Source: Candidatus Micrarchaeia archaeon | GTDB lineage: Archaea > Micrarchaeota > Micrarchaeia > Anstonellales > Anstonellaceae | Reading direction: 5' to 3' | DNA length: 64,000 bases | Assembly: GCA_041665945.1 (NCBI GenBank) | Contig: JBAYHU010000002.1 | Location: 107,350 to 171,349 of the forward strand | Part shown: positions 7,323-17,039 of the stretch, piece by piece | Numbering within the stretch: position 1 is the stretch's first letter | How the letters are laid out: every line of letters begins with the position of its first letter | Translations under genes and position numbers: made by a program | The notes under the pieces: model-generated | Databases searched by the model: none | Told to the model about the DNA's origin: nothing | Seen by the model: only the letters and a program-made list of their open reading frames with translations

Positions 7323-9521
7323 ATGGACGCGGACGGCAGCATAAGGACGCAATTCGATGATTTGGTCGCGGGCATAAAGCGTGCCGGCGGAAATCCGATA
7401 AGCGCCGCGGAGCTTTCGTCCGCTACAGGGCTCTCCCCAGCCAGCGTAATGAAATGGCTGACTCTGCTTGAAAAGCAAAAGCGCGTCCACATCGTGAACC
7501 GCCTCTCGGGAGTATACGTCCACTGGGCAGGCGAACCGGAAAAAATCAAGCCTCTTGCCCACGGGACCGTGGATGCGGCGGCGGGAATCCGTTCGACTTC
7601 AGACATCGACATAGCGCGCGGGCACGAGGAGGAAGCGAAGCGGAAGCTCGCGTCCGAGTCAGAAGGCGAAAAAACAAGGCAGGCAGATGCCGCAGCCCCA
7701 AGCGAGGAGGAGCTCGCGATGCTCCGCCACAGGGAAGTCATAGTCTCAGCCGGCTCGGAGCTTGCGGATGTCGGCGAAAAAATCGAGAAAATCGGCACGC
7801 TCATTTCAGAACTCAAGAGAAGGAAGGCAAGCGCGCGCAGGGAAGCAGCGCAATCCAGGGCAGCGGAAGTTCGGGCAAAGCCAACCGCGCCCACGATGAC
7901 AGTCATAACAAACGACACGCCGGACGCAGGGGCATCGTCCCTTGAAGAGCTGTCCCACGCGGAAAAAACCGCAAAGCCCAGCATGGACGTGTTCGGGACT
8001 CCTGATACCGAGGAGCTGATTGGCGAGATTGCAGAGGAAAAGGCTGAGCCGGAAGCGGCTAAAAAAATCGAGCCCAATGTAAAGCCCAAGGCGCGGGAAA
8101 TAAAAATCGAGGAGCAGGTCGCGCAGGTTGAAGAGCAGGCGCAGCCAATCAACCCCGAGCTTGAGGAGCCTACGCAGCTTTCAATCCAGGAAAACGGGAT
8201 TCAAATCATGCCGATTCTTCCGAAGAGGAAGGTCAGGATACGGAAAATCACGAGGATGGAACCTGTCCAGCCCACTTCAGTTTCACTCCAGTTTTCCGAG
8301 AAGATGGCAAGGCACGTCAGGAAAATAATGGGGCAGACGCAGGAAATCGAGAAGCTCAAGATGGAGAAGGAGAAGCTTCTCGCCGAGCACTACATGCCAA
8401 TGCAGCGCAGGCTCGAGGTTGAAATCGAGACCATTTCCGACCGCGTGCTTCGCATGGAGAAGAACATTCTTGCAATACAGGAGCGCGCAAGCGAATTGCC
8501 CAACAGAGTGCAGAATGTCGAGAAGCTGCAAATTTCAACTATCAAGGCGCACGCGGAAATGAGGCGCGCGCACGACGAGGCAGGGGCGCTTGTGGAGGAA
8601 GCCACGCGCCAGCTTGCGGAAGAGCGCGAAAAGATGTCCATGATGGTGGAGCAGAGCAGACAGGAGCTTGCCGAGCACCGCGCGAAGTCCGAGGAGCTTT
8701 CACACACTATTGAGAAAATCAACAGGATGGAAGAGGAAGCTGCGAACCTCGTTATTTCGGCGAGGGGCGCGCTTGCAGAGCAGGCTGAGAGGCTTGCCAT
8801 TGCCGAAGTCAACGCGCAGGAACTCACGGCGCTCAAGACAGAGATTGCCGAGGGAGTTGCAACAGCCAAGCGCGAAATGGGCGCGGCAAAGGGAGTGCTC
8901 ACTGGCTTGGAAAAGCAGATGTCCCAGATGCGCCAGATTGAAATCTGGGCAAACTCGGTGAGGCAGGAATACGAGAAGAAGATGGTGGACATTGACGATT
9001 ACATCAGGAACGGCAACAACGAGTTCGAGACATTGCGCGAGTCGGTCGAGGCGAATTTCGTGCGCAGGTATCTGCGCGAGCTTCGCCAGCTGACAGATTC
9101 TTACACCTTCGAGCTCAACCAGGTGAAAAACGCCGAGGGCAACATAGACCAGCGCATAAATGAGGAGAAGAAGAAGCTGGAAGACCTGCTTGAAGAGGGC
9201 AGGAAAATCGCCTACCTTTACGAAATGCAGTCCCGCGAAATCGAGGGCGGGGACAGGTTCGAGAAGCATGGCGAGGAATTCCGCACGCTGTCCGAGATAT
9301 CGGCGTCCCGCACGCAGCTTGAGCAGATGATTGCGCAGGTCGTGGGCAACAGAAGCGGGCACGAGACGAAGGAAAACGAGGTCATTGATATTCCAAGGCC
9401 GAAGACAATCGCCTCCCGCAGGCACTTCGCAAAGGCGAAGGCAAAAAGCAAGCCCGCTGCAAAGGCAAAACCCAAGCAGAAGAAATCCGGCAAGGCAAAG
9501 AAAGCAGGGCGGAAGAAGTAG
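7323..9521 (+). CDS. Large coiled-coil protein with N-terminal winged-HTH-like domain and Lys/Ala-rich tail
   Basis: ISAAELSSATGLSPASVMKWLTLLEKQKRV HTH pattern, long E/K/A/Q heptad region, KAKAKSKPAAKAK tail. Confidence 0.7.
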   Translation: MDADGSIRTQFDDLVAGIKRAGGNPISAAELSSATGLSPASVMKWLTLLEKQKRVHIVNRLSGVYVHWAGEPEKIKPLAHGTVDAAAGIRSTSDIDIARGHEEEAKRKLASESEGEKTRQADAAAPSEEELAMLRHREVIVSAGSELADVGEKIEKIGTLISELKRRKASARREAAQSRAAEVRAKPTAPTMTVITNDTPDAGASSLEELSHAEKTAKPSMDVFGTPDTEELIGEIAEEKAEPEAAKKIEPNVKPKAREIKIEEQVAQVEEQAQPINPELEEPTQLSIQENGIQIMPILPKRKVRIRKITRMEPVQPTSVSLQFSEKMARHVRKIMGQTQEIEKLKMEKEKLLAEHYMPMQRRLEVEIETISDRVLRMEKNILAIQERASELPNRVQNVEKLQISTIKAHAEMRRAHDEAGALVEEATRQLAEEREKMSMMVEQSRQELAEHRAKSEELSHTIEKINRMEEEAANLVISARGALAEQAERLAIAEVNAQELTALKTEIAEGVATAKREMGAAKGVLTGLEKQMSQMRQIEIWANSVRQEYEKKMVDIDDYIRNGNNEFETLRESVEANFVRRYLRELRQLTDSYTFELNQVKNAEGNIDQRINEEKKKLEDLLEEGRKIAYLYEMQSREIEGGDRFEKHGEEFRTLSEISASRTQLEQMIAQVVGNRSGHETKENEVIDIPRPKTIASRRHFAKAKAKSKPAAKAKPKQKKSGKAKKAGRKK

Positions 9522-9533
9522 AGTGGTGCGGGC

Positions 9534-10067
9534 ATGCTGATGAAAAAACAGCCTAGCAACGGGAATGGCTCCGCCGTGAAAAATGCGCTTGGCTCCAAGC
9601 CCCTGCTCAGGGAGCTTTCGCCCGAAACCCTGCTCAAAATCGACAGGTTCGCAATCGGGTTCGTGGAAACCGTGAAGAAAAAAGATTACGATGGGATGGA
9701 TGAGAGAGTATCCGACCTGTTCGAGATACTCAAAGGCGTGGCTGCGCAGAACAAGGGCTTTGAATTCGATTTTGCCAAAACCGTCCATCACTTCTTTAGG
9801 GCGCCAAACCCAGGGATAATCGGGATTGACATTACCCGGAAAGGCAAGCAGTTTTCCTACGTGGTGATAACGTACTCCGAAGAGCGAACGTACTCGGAAG
9901 AGCGCAAATCTCTAAGCATCAGCGCTTATTGCGATGGCGGGATTGAACCGGCGCGCCCCCGCGCCTATTCCACTGCGAGCGAGATTTCCGAAAAGATGCA
10001 GGCGCTCGCCACGAACATCCTCAACCTGAAGAAAGGCGACAGCCCCCTCATGATGAATGTCGAATAG
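9534..10067 (+). CDS. Hypothetical protein
   Basis: 177-aa ORF filling the gap; no recognised motif. Confidence 0.6.
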   Translation: MLMKKQPSNGNGSAVKNALGSKPLLRELSPETLLKIDRFAIGFVETVKKKDYDGMDERVSDLFEILKGVAAQNKGFEFDFAKTVHHFFRAPNPGIIGIDITRKGKQFSYVVITYSEERTYSEERKSLSISAYCDGGIEPARPRAYSTASEISEKMQALATNILNLKKGDSPLMMNVE

Positions 10068-10170
10068 GCGCGCCCTTCGGAACGTTTTAAAACATTTCCA
10101 TTCATATCCGACGCTACAGACGGCTTTTCCCGCCGTTTACCATTCGTAAAAGCGAATGGGAGGGAATTTG

Positions 10171-10806
10171 ATGGTTGACAAACAGAAAGTAGTAAACGCC
10201 ATAACGAAGGCGCTGGAAGACAAAGGCAAGCGCAAGTTTTCCCAGTCCGTGGAGTTCATCGTTAACTTCCGCGGCATCGACTTCGCCAAGGCAGAAAACC
10301 GCCTGAACCTCGACATCCTCCTTCCGAAAGGCAAGGGCAAGGAACAGAAGGTCATGGTCTTCGCAGACGGGCAAATCGCCCTCGACGCGAAGAACGCTGG
10401 CGCGAACGAAGTAATCGACAACGCCGGCATCCTCAAGATGGCGCAGGACCGCAAGAAGGTCAAGATGATTGCAAAGCAGCACGAGTTCATCGCCCAGCCC
10501 AACATGATGGTGAACGTCGGAAAGTCGCTTGGTCAGGTGCTCGGCGCGAAGGGAAAGCTCCCCCGCCCGATTACAGGCCAGACGAAGGACGCCGTGGACG
10601 CGGCAAAGCGCCGTGTGCGCCTCGCATCCAAGGGCAAGTACCTGCCTGTCGCGCAGTGCGTGATTGGCTCCGAATCGATGAACGCGGACGAGCTTGCGGA
10701 GAACTTCGCAGCCGTCTACGAGAAGGTTGCCGCGAAAGTGCTTGAGCCGAACATCAAGTCGGTGTATGTCAAGCTCTCGATGGGCAAGCCTGTCAAGGTC
10801 GCATAA
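10171..10806 (+). CDS. rpl1: 50S ribosomal protein uL1
   Basis: KRKFSQSVEFIVNFRGID, GKSLGQVLGAKGKLP, NIKSVYVKLSMG. Confidence 0.96.
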   Translation: MVDKQKVVNAITKALEDKGKRKFSQSVEFIVNFRGIDFAKAENRLNLDILLPKGKGKEQKVMVFADGQIALDAKNAGANEVIDNAGILKMAQDRKKVKMIAKQHEFIAQPNMMVNVGKSLGQVLGAKGKLPRPITGQTKDAVDAAKRRVRLASKGKYLPVAQCVIGSESMNADELAENFAAVYEKVAAKVLEPNIKSVYVKLSMGKPVKVA

Positions 10807-10814
10807 GGGTGTTT

Positions 10815-11756
10815 ATGATGACAAGGAAGAAAATCAAGGCAACCGTGAAGCGCAAGGAAAGCCCGATGCTCCACGCGAAGAAGGAGAAGGTCGAGGAAAT
10901 TCACAAGCACGCGGGCAAGTTCCCGGTAATCGCGCTTCTGAACATCCGCAACCTCCCTGACCGCATCTTGCAGTCTTCGAAGAAGAAGCTGCGCGGCAGC
11001 GCTGAATTCTCGGTCGCGAAAAACAGCGTCATTGCGCGCGCGCTTGAGAAGTCCGGCAAGGGCGATCTCGCCAAGGCAATGGACTTCCCGACCTCGCTCG
11101 TGTTCACTACGCACACGCCCTATGAGCTTTTCAAGTTCTTCAAGGACAACAAGGTGAAAGTCGCCGCAAAGCCAGGGATGATAGCCCCGTTCGACATCAT
11201 CGTCCCTGAAGGCGAAACCGACCTTATGCCCGGGCCTGCGCTCTCCGAATTGAAGAACGCCGGCATCAACGCCCAGATAAAGGGCGGCAAGATTATCGTG
11301 GCAAAGGACTCGACCGTTGTGAAGAAGGGCGCCAAAATAAGCGACAATGTTTGCAAGGCGCTCCAGAAGCTCAACATTCTCCCGTTCGACGCGATGGTGA
11401 ACATGGTGGCTGCCTACGACGGCAAATTCACCTACACCGCAAGCGCACTGGACATCGATGAAACGCAGCTGCACGCGGACCTCGTGGAATGCCTGTCGCA
11501 GTCTTTCAACGTGTCATTCAATGCATCTTTCCCGACATCGCAGAACATCGAAGCCCTCCTGTCACAGGCGGTATCGCAGGGCAGGAACATGGCGGTAAAC
11601 GGCTGCATCTACTCGGAGGCTTCAACCGAGTTGCTTCTGGTGCAGGCTGTCCTTCTGGGGAGCACGCTCTCCGGCAAGGTCGGGAATCTCGAATCAGGCT
11701 CAAGCGCAACGCCGGCCGCTTCTACCGGCGCAGCGCCAACTGAACAGAAACAGTAG
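10815..11756 (+). CDS. rpl10: 50S ribosomal protein uL10 (P0)
   Basis: VAKNSVIARAL, AAKPG.IAP.DIIVPEGETDL.PGP; position in the L1-L10-L12 operon. Confidence 0.95.
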   Translation: MMTRKKIKATVKRKESPMLHAKKEKVEEIHKHAGKFPVIALLNIRNLPDRILQSSKKKLRGSAEFSVAKNSVIARALEKSGKGDLAKAMDFPTSLVFTTHTPYELFKFFKDNKVKVAAKPGMIAPFDIIVPEGETDLMPGPALSELKNAGINAQIKGGKIIVAKDSTVVKKGAKISDNVCKALQKLNILPFDAMVNMVAAYDGKFTYTASALDIDETQLHADLVECLSQSFNVSFNASFPTSQNIEALLSQAVSQGRNMAVNGCIYSEASTELLLVQAVLLGSTLSGKVGNLESGSSATPAASTGAAPTEQKQ

Positions 11757-11767
11757 GAGGTAATGCT

Positions 11768-12073
11768 ATGAAAATTGACTCGTATCTGCACGCGGCTCTC
11801 GTCCTCAAGGGCGCAGAGAAGGAAATCACGAAGGAGAGCCTTGTGGCTGTCCTCAAGGCAGCCGGCGCCCCCGTCGAGGAGGCAAAGGCACAGGTCCTTG
11901 CGGAGGCTGTCAAGGGCGTCGACTTCGCCGAGCTTTTGAAGGCGGCAGTGGCACCGGTTGCAGCAGCGCCGGCGGCAGCAGCCCCGTCTGAGCACAAGAA
12001 GGAAGAGAAGAAGGAAGACCCTGCGAAGACCGAAGCGGCAGCCGCTGAGGGACTCGCGTCGCTCTTTGGCTAA
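11768..12073 (+). CDS. rpl12: Ribosomal stalk protein P1 (archaeal L12)
   Basis: YLHAALVL..., Ala-rich hinge, AAAEGLASLFG C-terminus. Confidence 0.96.
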   Translation: MKIDSYLHAALVLKGAEKEITKESLVAVLKAAGAPVEEAKAQVLAEAVKGVDFAELLKAAVAPVAAAPAAAAPSEHKKEEKKEDPAKTEAAAAEGLASLFG

Positions 12074-12100
12074 ATAGGCCTGAAAACTTTTTTCTCTCGG

Positions 12101-12207
12101 AAGACTGCGGCAGCAGTCTTACGCGCCTAAGGCAACTGCAACAGCAGTTGTCTGCGAGGTAGAGCCCGAAGGGCTCTACAACGTAGAGCCGCAGGCTCTA
12201 AGCGCGT
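12101..12207. repeat. Cluster of four REP-like hairpins between convergent genes
   Basis: AAGACTGC-ggca-GCAGTCTT; CAACTGC-aaca-GCAGTTG; GTAGAGCCC-gaa-GGGCTCTAC; TAGAGCC-gca-GGCTCTA. ACGCGC/GCGCGT encloses the last three. Confidence 0.8.
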
Positions 12208-12232
12208 TTTAATTTCTTTTTTTATTGTTTTT

Positions 12233-13108
12233 TTATTCTTTAGAATCCGTGAGCGGAAGCCTTTCTTCCTGCGTTGGCATGATACCGTAGAATGAGCCGG
12301 TCCTGCGAGGGGTTTTCGCCCCGATTTCGACGTCCCCTCCGGTGCTCCAGCGAAGCCCGACCGCCTCTTCGGGGTTTAGGTTGCCGATTTCAATGCCCCT
12401 GCTGCCAAGCTGCTCAAAAAGATTGGAAAGCGTGGCTTGCAATCCGAGGTTCTTGGTTTCCCTTGTCAGTTTGTCAAGCTGCTCAAAGCAATCGTCCACT
12501 ATCTTTTGAGTTTCGCCGTCGCCCGTTTCTTTCGCCTTTTCGCGAATCTGCGCGAGCTTGGTGAGGGTAAACTGCATGCAGGCGGCCATTTCCCCGCCGC
12601 TCACGCCGTTTTCAGACACGTACGTGTGCAATTCGTACGCCGGAAGGGCGATTCCCTTGCCGTCTTCCTGAAACTCGATGGGAACCGGAGTGATTCTTGT
12701 GAGCAGGTCGGAACCCAGGTGCCCGTTCGGATAATGCGTGATGTCGAGGCGGCCGTAGACCTCGGAATTGAAATAAAGCGGAGGGGGCGTCTTGAAATCC
12801 CTTGTTTTGGACTGCTCGATGATTTTCGAGTAGTTTTCAGGGCTTGTTGCGTCCGCCTTCTTCCATTTCGCCTCGAAGTAAAAATACGAGCCAGCTGCCA
12901 CGACAGGGGTGAACGCGAAGACGGCAGCCACCGCAACACCTGCAAACGGAAGGATGCCCTGCCCCTCGCAGCCGGCGAGCATGGAAAGCGAGGCAATGCC
13001 CGTGCCTGCGAGGAATTTTTTGAAAAAGCGGGATTTTGAAGCGCAGGGCTGGGACGCGGGAATTCCGCTATCGACCTGTCTGGGGATTTTTTTGTTATGC
13101 ATGGGCAT
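12233..13108 (-). CDS. Hypothetical membrane/lipoprotein-like orphan
   Basis: FFKKFLAG...SMLAGC lipobox-like motif followed by a second hydrophobic segment. Confidence 0.6.
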   Translation of the reverse strand: MPMHNKKIPRQVDSGIPASQPCASKSRFFKKFLAGTGIASLSMLAGCEGQGILPFAGVAVAAVFAFTPVVAAGSYFYFEAKWKKADATSPENYSKIIEQSKTRDFKTPPPLYFNSEVYGRLDITHYPNGHLGSDLLTRITPVPIEFQEDGKGIALPAYELHTYVSENGVSGGEMAACMQFTLTKLAQIREKAKETGDGETQKIVDDCFEQLDKLTRETKNLGLQATLSNLFEQLGSRGIEIGNLNPEEAVGLRWSTGGDVEIGAKTPRRTGSFYGIMPTQEERLPLTDSKE

Positions 13109-13119
13109 TCCCGCCTAAC

Positions 13120-13734
13120 TTAACGCCAGAGTATCTTCGCAGGCGTGCCGTTCCTTTGCGCCACTGCATCAGTTATTGTCCTGTAATAGGGCTTGGGCGA
13201 GTCGTTGCCGAATGAATTGGTGAACCTGCGCCCGCCTGTTGCCTCGCCCCACGTCTTGAAGCGGACGTTCGGGATTTCAGGCGCGTCCCTGCCGGGCTTG
13301 TTTTCGCTCCGCCAGTTGGAATTGGTTTTTGCCATTCCGGGGACATCGTGCCATGACTTGTATGTGTCGGCAGAGTGCTTTTTCGCGTCCGGCTTTTCAA
13401 CCCATGAGAGGGTTTTGGCTTTCTCCTGCGGTTTGGGCGAAGCTTCGATGAATATCGGCTCGGAGTTTTCCGCCGCTTCTGCTTCAAGGCGGGCGAGTTT
13501 CTCGACTGCGGCATTGTGCTCGGCAATGCGCGCCGCCTTGGCGTGGTTGCGCAGTATGTCGCCCACGCAGCCGGTGAATGAAACCGCGAGCATCCCGACC
13601 AGAAAGAGAATGGAATTTTCCGAAATCTCGCCGTTTTTCGTGAAGGGGGAGCAGCCAGTCTGGAGGAGTGAAGAACCCATTGCAAGGGGAAGAAGGGCGC
13701 TTGTTTTCGCTTTTGCCAGCAGGGAAGTCGTCAT
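13120..13734 (-). CDS. Hypothetical membrane/lipoprotein-like orphan
   Basis: LLPLAMGSSLLQTGC then a hydrophobic segment ILFLVGMLAVSFTGC; TATA-like tract upstream (about 13755-13770). Confidence 0.6.
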   Translation of the reverse strand: MTTSLLAKAKTSALLPLAMGSSLLQTGCSPFTKNGEISENSILFLVGMLAVSFTGCVGDILRNHAKAARIAEHNAAVEKLARLEAEAAENSEPIFIEASPKPQEKAKTLSWVEKPDAKKHSADTYKSWHDVPGMAKTNSNWRSENKPGRDAPEIPNVRFKTWGEATGGRRFTNSFGNDSPKPYYRTITDAVAQRNGTPAKILWR

Positions 13735-13907
13735 GATATACTATTAATAGCGACATATTTATATATATGCCCGACGTCGGGATGCCGGGATTCGCGGCGC
13801 CATGCACCGGCACCACCGGCACGTTGCCCCTTGTCCCGCTTTATATATGAAAAATAGCGCAAGCAGTGAGCCGGGGAAGCGCCCTGGCGGAAAAAAAGGT
13901 GGCGACC

Positions 13908-14099
13908 ATGAAAATCAACATAGACGAACTGACCTACGAGGAAATCAAGGAAGTGGTGGACAGGCTGCGCGAGATGAAGATTGAAACCATCATACGGAAA
14001 TCCGGCCCCAGCGTCATTCTCCAGACCGAGCAGGGGCCTGTGCAGATTGCCGAAGATGAGGCGACCGAAATATACGGCGTGCCCGCCATGATGTTCTGA
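13908..14099 (+). CDS. Small hypothetical protein
   Basis: 63 aa; AGGTGG SD-like site and TTTATATA box upstream. Confidence 0.6.
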   Translation: MKINIDELTYEEIKEVVDRLREMKIETIIRKSGPSVILQTEQGPVQIAEDEATEIYGVPAMMF

Positions 14100-14180
14100 C
14101 TTGTATGCCCTTTTAGTGTAAGTTTAATAATAGTTTAGTGCTATAAAAATGCACAGATTGGCTTGCATGGGGGCGAAAAG

Positions 14181-14426
14181 ATGGATGTGAACCTGCATCT
14201 TGAAGGAGAAACTGCAAATTACATAGAGGCGCTCGTGAAAAGGGGGCTTGCCGCCAACAAGACGGAGGCAATACGGCTCAGCATAGTGCGCTCCATGGAA
14301 AGGGAGCCGGAGGGCGAGGCAGGGAGATTCAGCCAGGCAATAATCGAGAAGGCGTGGAACGGGCCGAAAGACAAGGAAGCCGGAAATTTCTACAGGCAGA
14401 GGTATTTGCGTGGCAAAAAGGCGTGA
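14181..14426 (+). CDS. Putative antitoxin (ribbon-helix-helix-like)
   Basis: VNLHL...YIEALVKRGLAANKTEAIRLSI RHH pattern; overlaps the toxin start. Confidence 0.7.
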   Translation: MDVNLHLEGETANYIEALVKRGLAANKTEAIRLSIVRSMEREPEGEAGRFSQAIIEKAWNGPKDKEAGNFYRQRYLRGKKA

Positions 14427-14736
14427 AGTCGTCCTCGCGGAAATCTTCTTTTCCGATGCCCCGGACAGCAAAACCCGCCCTTGCATCGTCCTTTCGGACG
14501 GAGCGTATTGCGATGGCAAGTATTCCGTTGTCGCCATGATAACGAGCGAATGCGACGAGCATTGCCTGCCGATAAGCGAAAATGACGCCGGTTGCCGATT
14601 TTATGGGGGAAGCGGAGTGCGGTTCAACTGCATGGCAAGGATAGGGGCTGCGCAGCTCGAGCGGCGCATAGGGAAGGTTGCGCCGGAATTCTATTCGCGG
14701 CTCGTCGGCAGGATAAACGGAATCATCGGAAAATGA
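14410..14736 (+). CDS. MazF/PemK-family toxin
   Basis: FFSD...KTRPCIVLS, VVAMITS, RRIGKV. Confidence 0.85.
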   Translation: MAKRREVVLAEIFFSDAPDSKTRPCIVLSDGAYCDGKYSVVAMITSECDEHCLPISENDAGCRFYGGSGVRFNCMARIGAAQLERRIGKVAPEFYSRLVGRINGIIGK

Positions 14737-14783
14737 ACAGAGGGAAAAGCAAGCAATAAAAGCCCAGAGCAGGAAGTTTTTGC

Positions 14784-15374
14784 ATGGCAGAGGAAAACAG
14801 GATTGAAGAGGATGCTCCTGAAGAGGAGCGAGAGGAGAAAGAAGATGGAAAGCGGACAATCGCCGCGAGCCGCAGCGAGGGGCGAGCTGTGCCCGAAGGG
14901 CACACAATAGCATCAAGGGGCATTCCCTCCAAGGATTCGCTTTACCTCCCTCCGCACAATTCCCCGGAGCTTCGCGCATTCCAGGACGGGAATGAGGGGA
15001 TAACGCGGAACATCTGGAACCTTGAGGAGATAGCGAACTTTGTTTTCCCCAAGAAATACCAGGCGAAATACAACGAGATAGCCGTGGCGTTCCTCAAGCT
15101 CGCGCTTGACAGGGGCACGCTGTCCGGCGACGACATAGGGCATTTCGTTTCGCAGAACGGGATATCCAAGGCGACATTCTACAACAGGGTGCTGCCTCGC
15201 CTCAAGAGAATCGGGATGCTGAAGGTGGAGAGGCAGACCATAATCGCGCTTGAGAGCAAGAGGAAATTCCGCCCCATGACAATCACGCTTTCGAAAACCT
15301 TCGGGAACTACCTGATGAAGATAGGCGACTCGTGGCTCGCGCTTGTGGATGACGCGCGCAGCAAGAAGAAATAG
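14784..15374 (+). CDS. Hypothetical protein with winged-HTH-like region
   Basis: GISKATFYNRVLPRLKRIGMLKV; acidic N-terminal tail. Confidence 0.65.
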   Translation: MAEENRIEEDAPEEEREEKEDGKRTIAASRSEGRAVPEGHTIASRGIPSKDSLYLPPHNSPELRAFQDGNEGITRNIWNLEEIANFVFPKKYQAKYNEIAVAFLKLALDRGTLSGDDIGHFVSQNGISKATFYNRVLPRLKRIGMLKVERQTIIALESKRKFRPMTITLSKTFGNYLMKIGDSWLALVDDARSKKK

Positions 15375-15429
15375 ACGGGCGCTCTAGCACAGCTATCCAT
15401 TTTAAACCATTCTGCATAGATTGAATCTC

Positions 15430-16137
15430 ATGCTCGTCGCAGACAAAACCGGGGGGAAACAGGGCGCCATATTCACAACGCAGGTCCTCGGGGAAAATAA
15501 ACTCTCTCTAATCAAGACTGCCGACGATACACGAAGGAAACGCTTTATGTCCGATGGCAGTTCCAGATTGACATCAGGGACAGTGCCATACTGGGCCAAT
15601 TGCACGTCACCCCATGGGCGAGCCAAAAGAACCATAGAGCCCCTTGTGGACAAAATTTACGGCGGGGAAATACTCGAGATAGGATGTTCCACGGGATTGT
15701 CGACCAGAGAAATCGCCACTCTTTTTCCGGATTCGAAGATAACCGCAATAGACAACCGGGAGGATGCAATCGAAGTCGCTATGCGCCAAAACCTATCGCT
15801 TGTGAAAAACAGGGGGGTTGAATTTGTGCTTGCAGACGGATACTTCCTTGCGGAGTGGTTTGGGAACAGGCTCTTTGGCACGATAATGGCGATGAACAAC
15901 ATCCTCTTCAACTTAGATTCGTTTCCGGAAAATGACCTTGCCTGCGTCATGCATAATCTTGTGAGGGGACTGAAAACCGGCGGCTCGTTGCTTTTTTCGA
16001 AGGAAGAGTTCAGCGTGCTATTTCGAAAGGAGGAACGCCGCCTGATGCTCCTTAGCACCACTGCCAAGCTTTCCTCAGATTATAAGAGCATAAACAGGCT
16101 GATGGAAGTCGCAAACAAACCGGCTATTCGTCCTTGA
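15430..16137 (+). CDS. Class I SAM-dependent methyltransferase (orphan-like)
   Basis: ILEIGCSTG, ITAID, FVLADG, LKTGGSL; start uncertain. Confidence 0.8.
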   Translation: MLVADKTGGKQGAIFTTQVLGENKLSLIKTADDTRRKRFMSDGSSRLTSGTVPYWANCTSPHGRAKRTIEPLVDKIYGGEILEIGCSTGLSTREIATLFPDSKITAIDNREDAIEVAMRQNLSLVKNRGVEFVLADGYFLAEWFGNRLFGTIMAMNNILFNLDSFPENDLACVMHNLVRGLKTGGSLLFSKEEFSVLFRKEERRLMLLSTTAKLSSDYKSINRLMEVANKPAIRP

Positions 16138-16951
16138 TGTCGTAGAACACTTCGGCTTCGGGATAGACCTTGATTCCCACGCCTTCCACGAACTCGAAGG
16201 GGCAGAGCCTGTCCGAGAATTTCGCACCCCTCATTTTCAGCACTTCAAGCGCGCGGTAGCGGCTTCCCTGCAATCGCGGGTGGTGCATTACAATCACGCC
16301 GTCCGAGAGGTATTCCATTCCTGCGGTGGCGCGGTCGGCGTTGGTGGGCGTGCCTTCAGCCGAAAGAAGCGCGGTGCATTCCCATTTCCGCAGAATGTCG
16401 AACAGGAGAATCTCAGCCTCGCGCGCCTTGTATTGCGAGTCGAAAAGGACGGTGTAGGAAGTGAGCGAGTCTATTGCGAGGCGCTTTGCCCCAAGCGAGG
16501 TTATGGTGTCAAGTATGAGCCCGCCGCCCTCGTCAACGAGCTTTTTTATCTCGTGCGGGCGGTAGCTTATCTGGGTGAAAAGCCCCTGCTTTTCAAGCGC
16601 GTTGAAGTCGAATCCGAAGCTTGCCATGTGCCTGACTACCGAATCGTGGGACTCTTCGAATGACAGAAGCACGCCCGGCTCGCCGTTTTCAACCGCGCCG
16701 TTGTTCAGGAACTGCGCGAGGAAAGTGGTCTTGCCGCAGCCCGCCCCGCCCATGACAAGGGTGGTGCTCGCGACCTCGAAGCCGCCCCCGAGAAGGGAGT
16801 CCAGCCCGGGGATTCCCGATGGGACGCGCCTGTCCTGGGGCGCCCTTGATTGCACCGGAAATGGCGCCCTGCTGTTGAATGAACTGCCCGGCTGCGCCCT
16901 TTTTATGGGCCGCACGGTCGGCTTCAGTCTTGGCTCCTCCTCATCCGGCAT
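16124..16951 (-). CDS. KaiC/RAD55-family ATPase, intact motifs
   Basis: SGIPGLD.LLGGG, Walker A GGAGCGKT, SFEES, LAIDS, R.LEVLKMRG. Confidence 0.9.
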   Translation of the reverse strand: MPDEEEPRLKPTVRPIKRAQPGSSFNSRAPFPVQSRAPQDRRVPSGIPGLDSLLGGGFEVASTTLVMGGAGCGKTTFLAQFLNNGAVENGEPGVLLSFEESHDSVVRHMASFGFDFNALEKQGLFTQISYRPHEIKKLVDEGGGLILDTITSLGAKRLAIDSLTSYTVLFDSQYKAREAEILLFDILRKWECTALLSAEGTPTNADRATAGMEYLSDGVIVMHHPRLQGSRYRALEVLKMRGAKFSDRLCPFEFVEGVGIKVYPEAEVFYDIKDE

Positions 16952-16982
16952 GTTTTCCCTCGTAGAGAGTAACCCAAGAACT

Positions 16983-16990
16983 TTTATAAA
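16983..16990. promoter_or_regulatory. Palindromic TATA box between divergent KaiC-like genes
   Basis: TTTATAAA is self-complementary, about 32 nt from the minus-strand ATG and about 50 nt from the plus-strand ATG. Confidence 0.5.
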
Positions 16991-17039
16991 CATGCGAGCC
17001 GCTATTTCTCGTCGAAAAGAACGATTCTGCGTGATTGCC

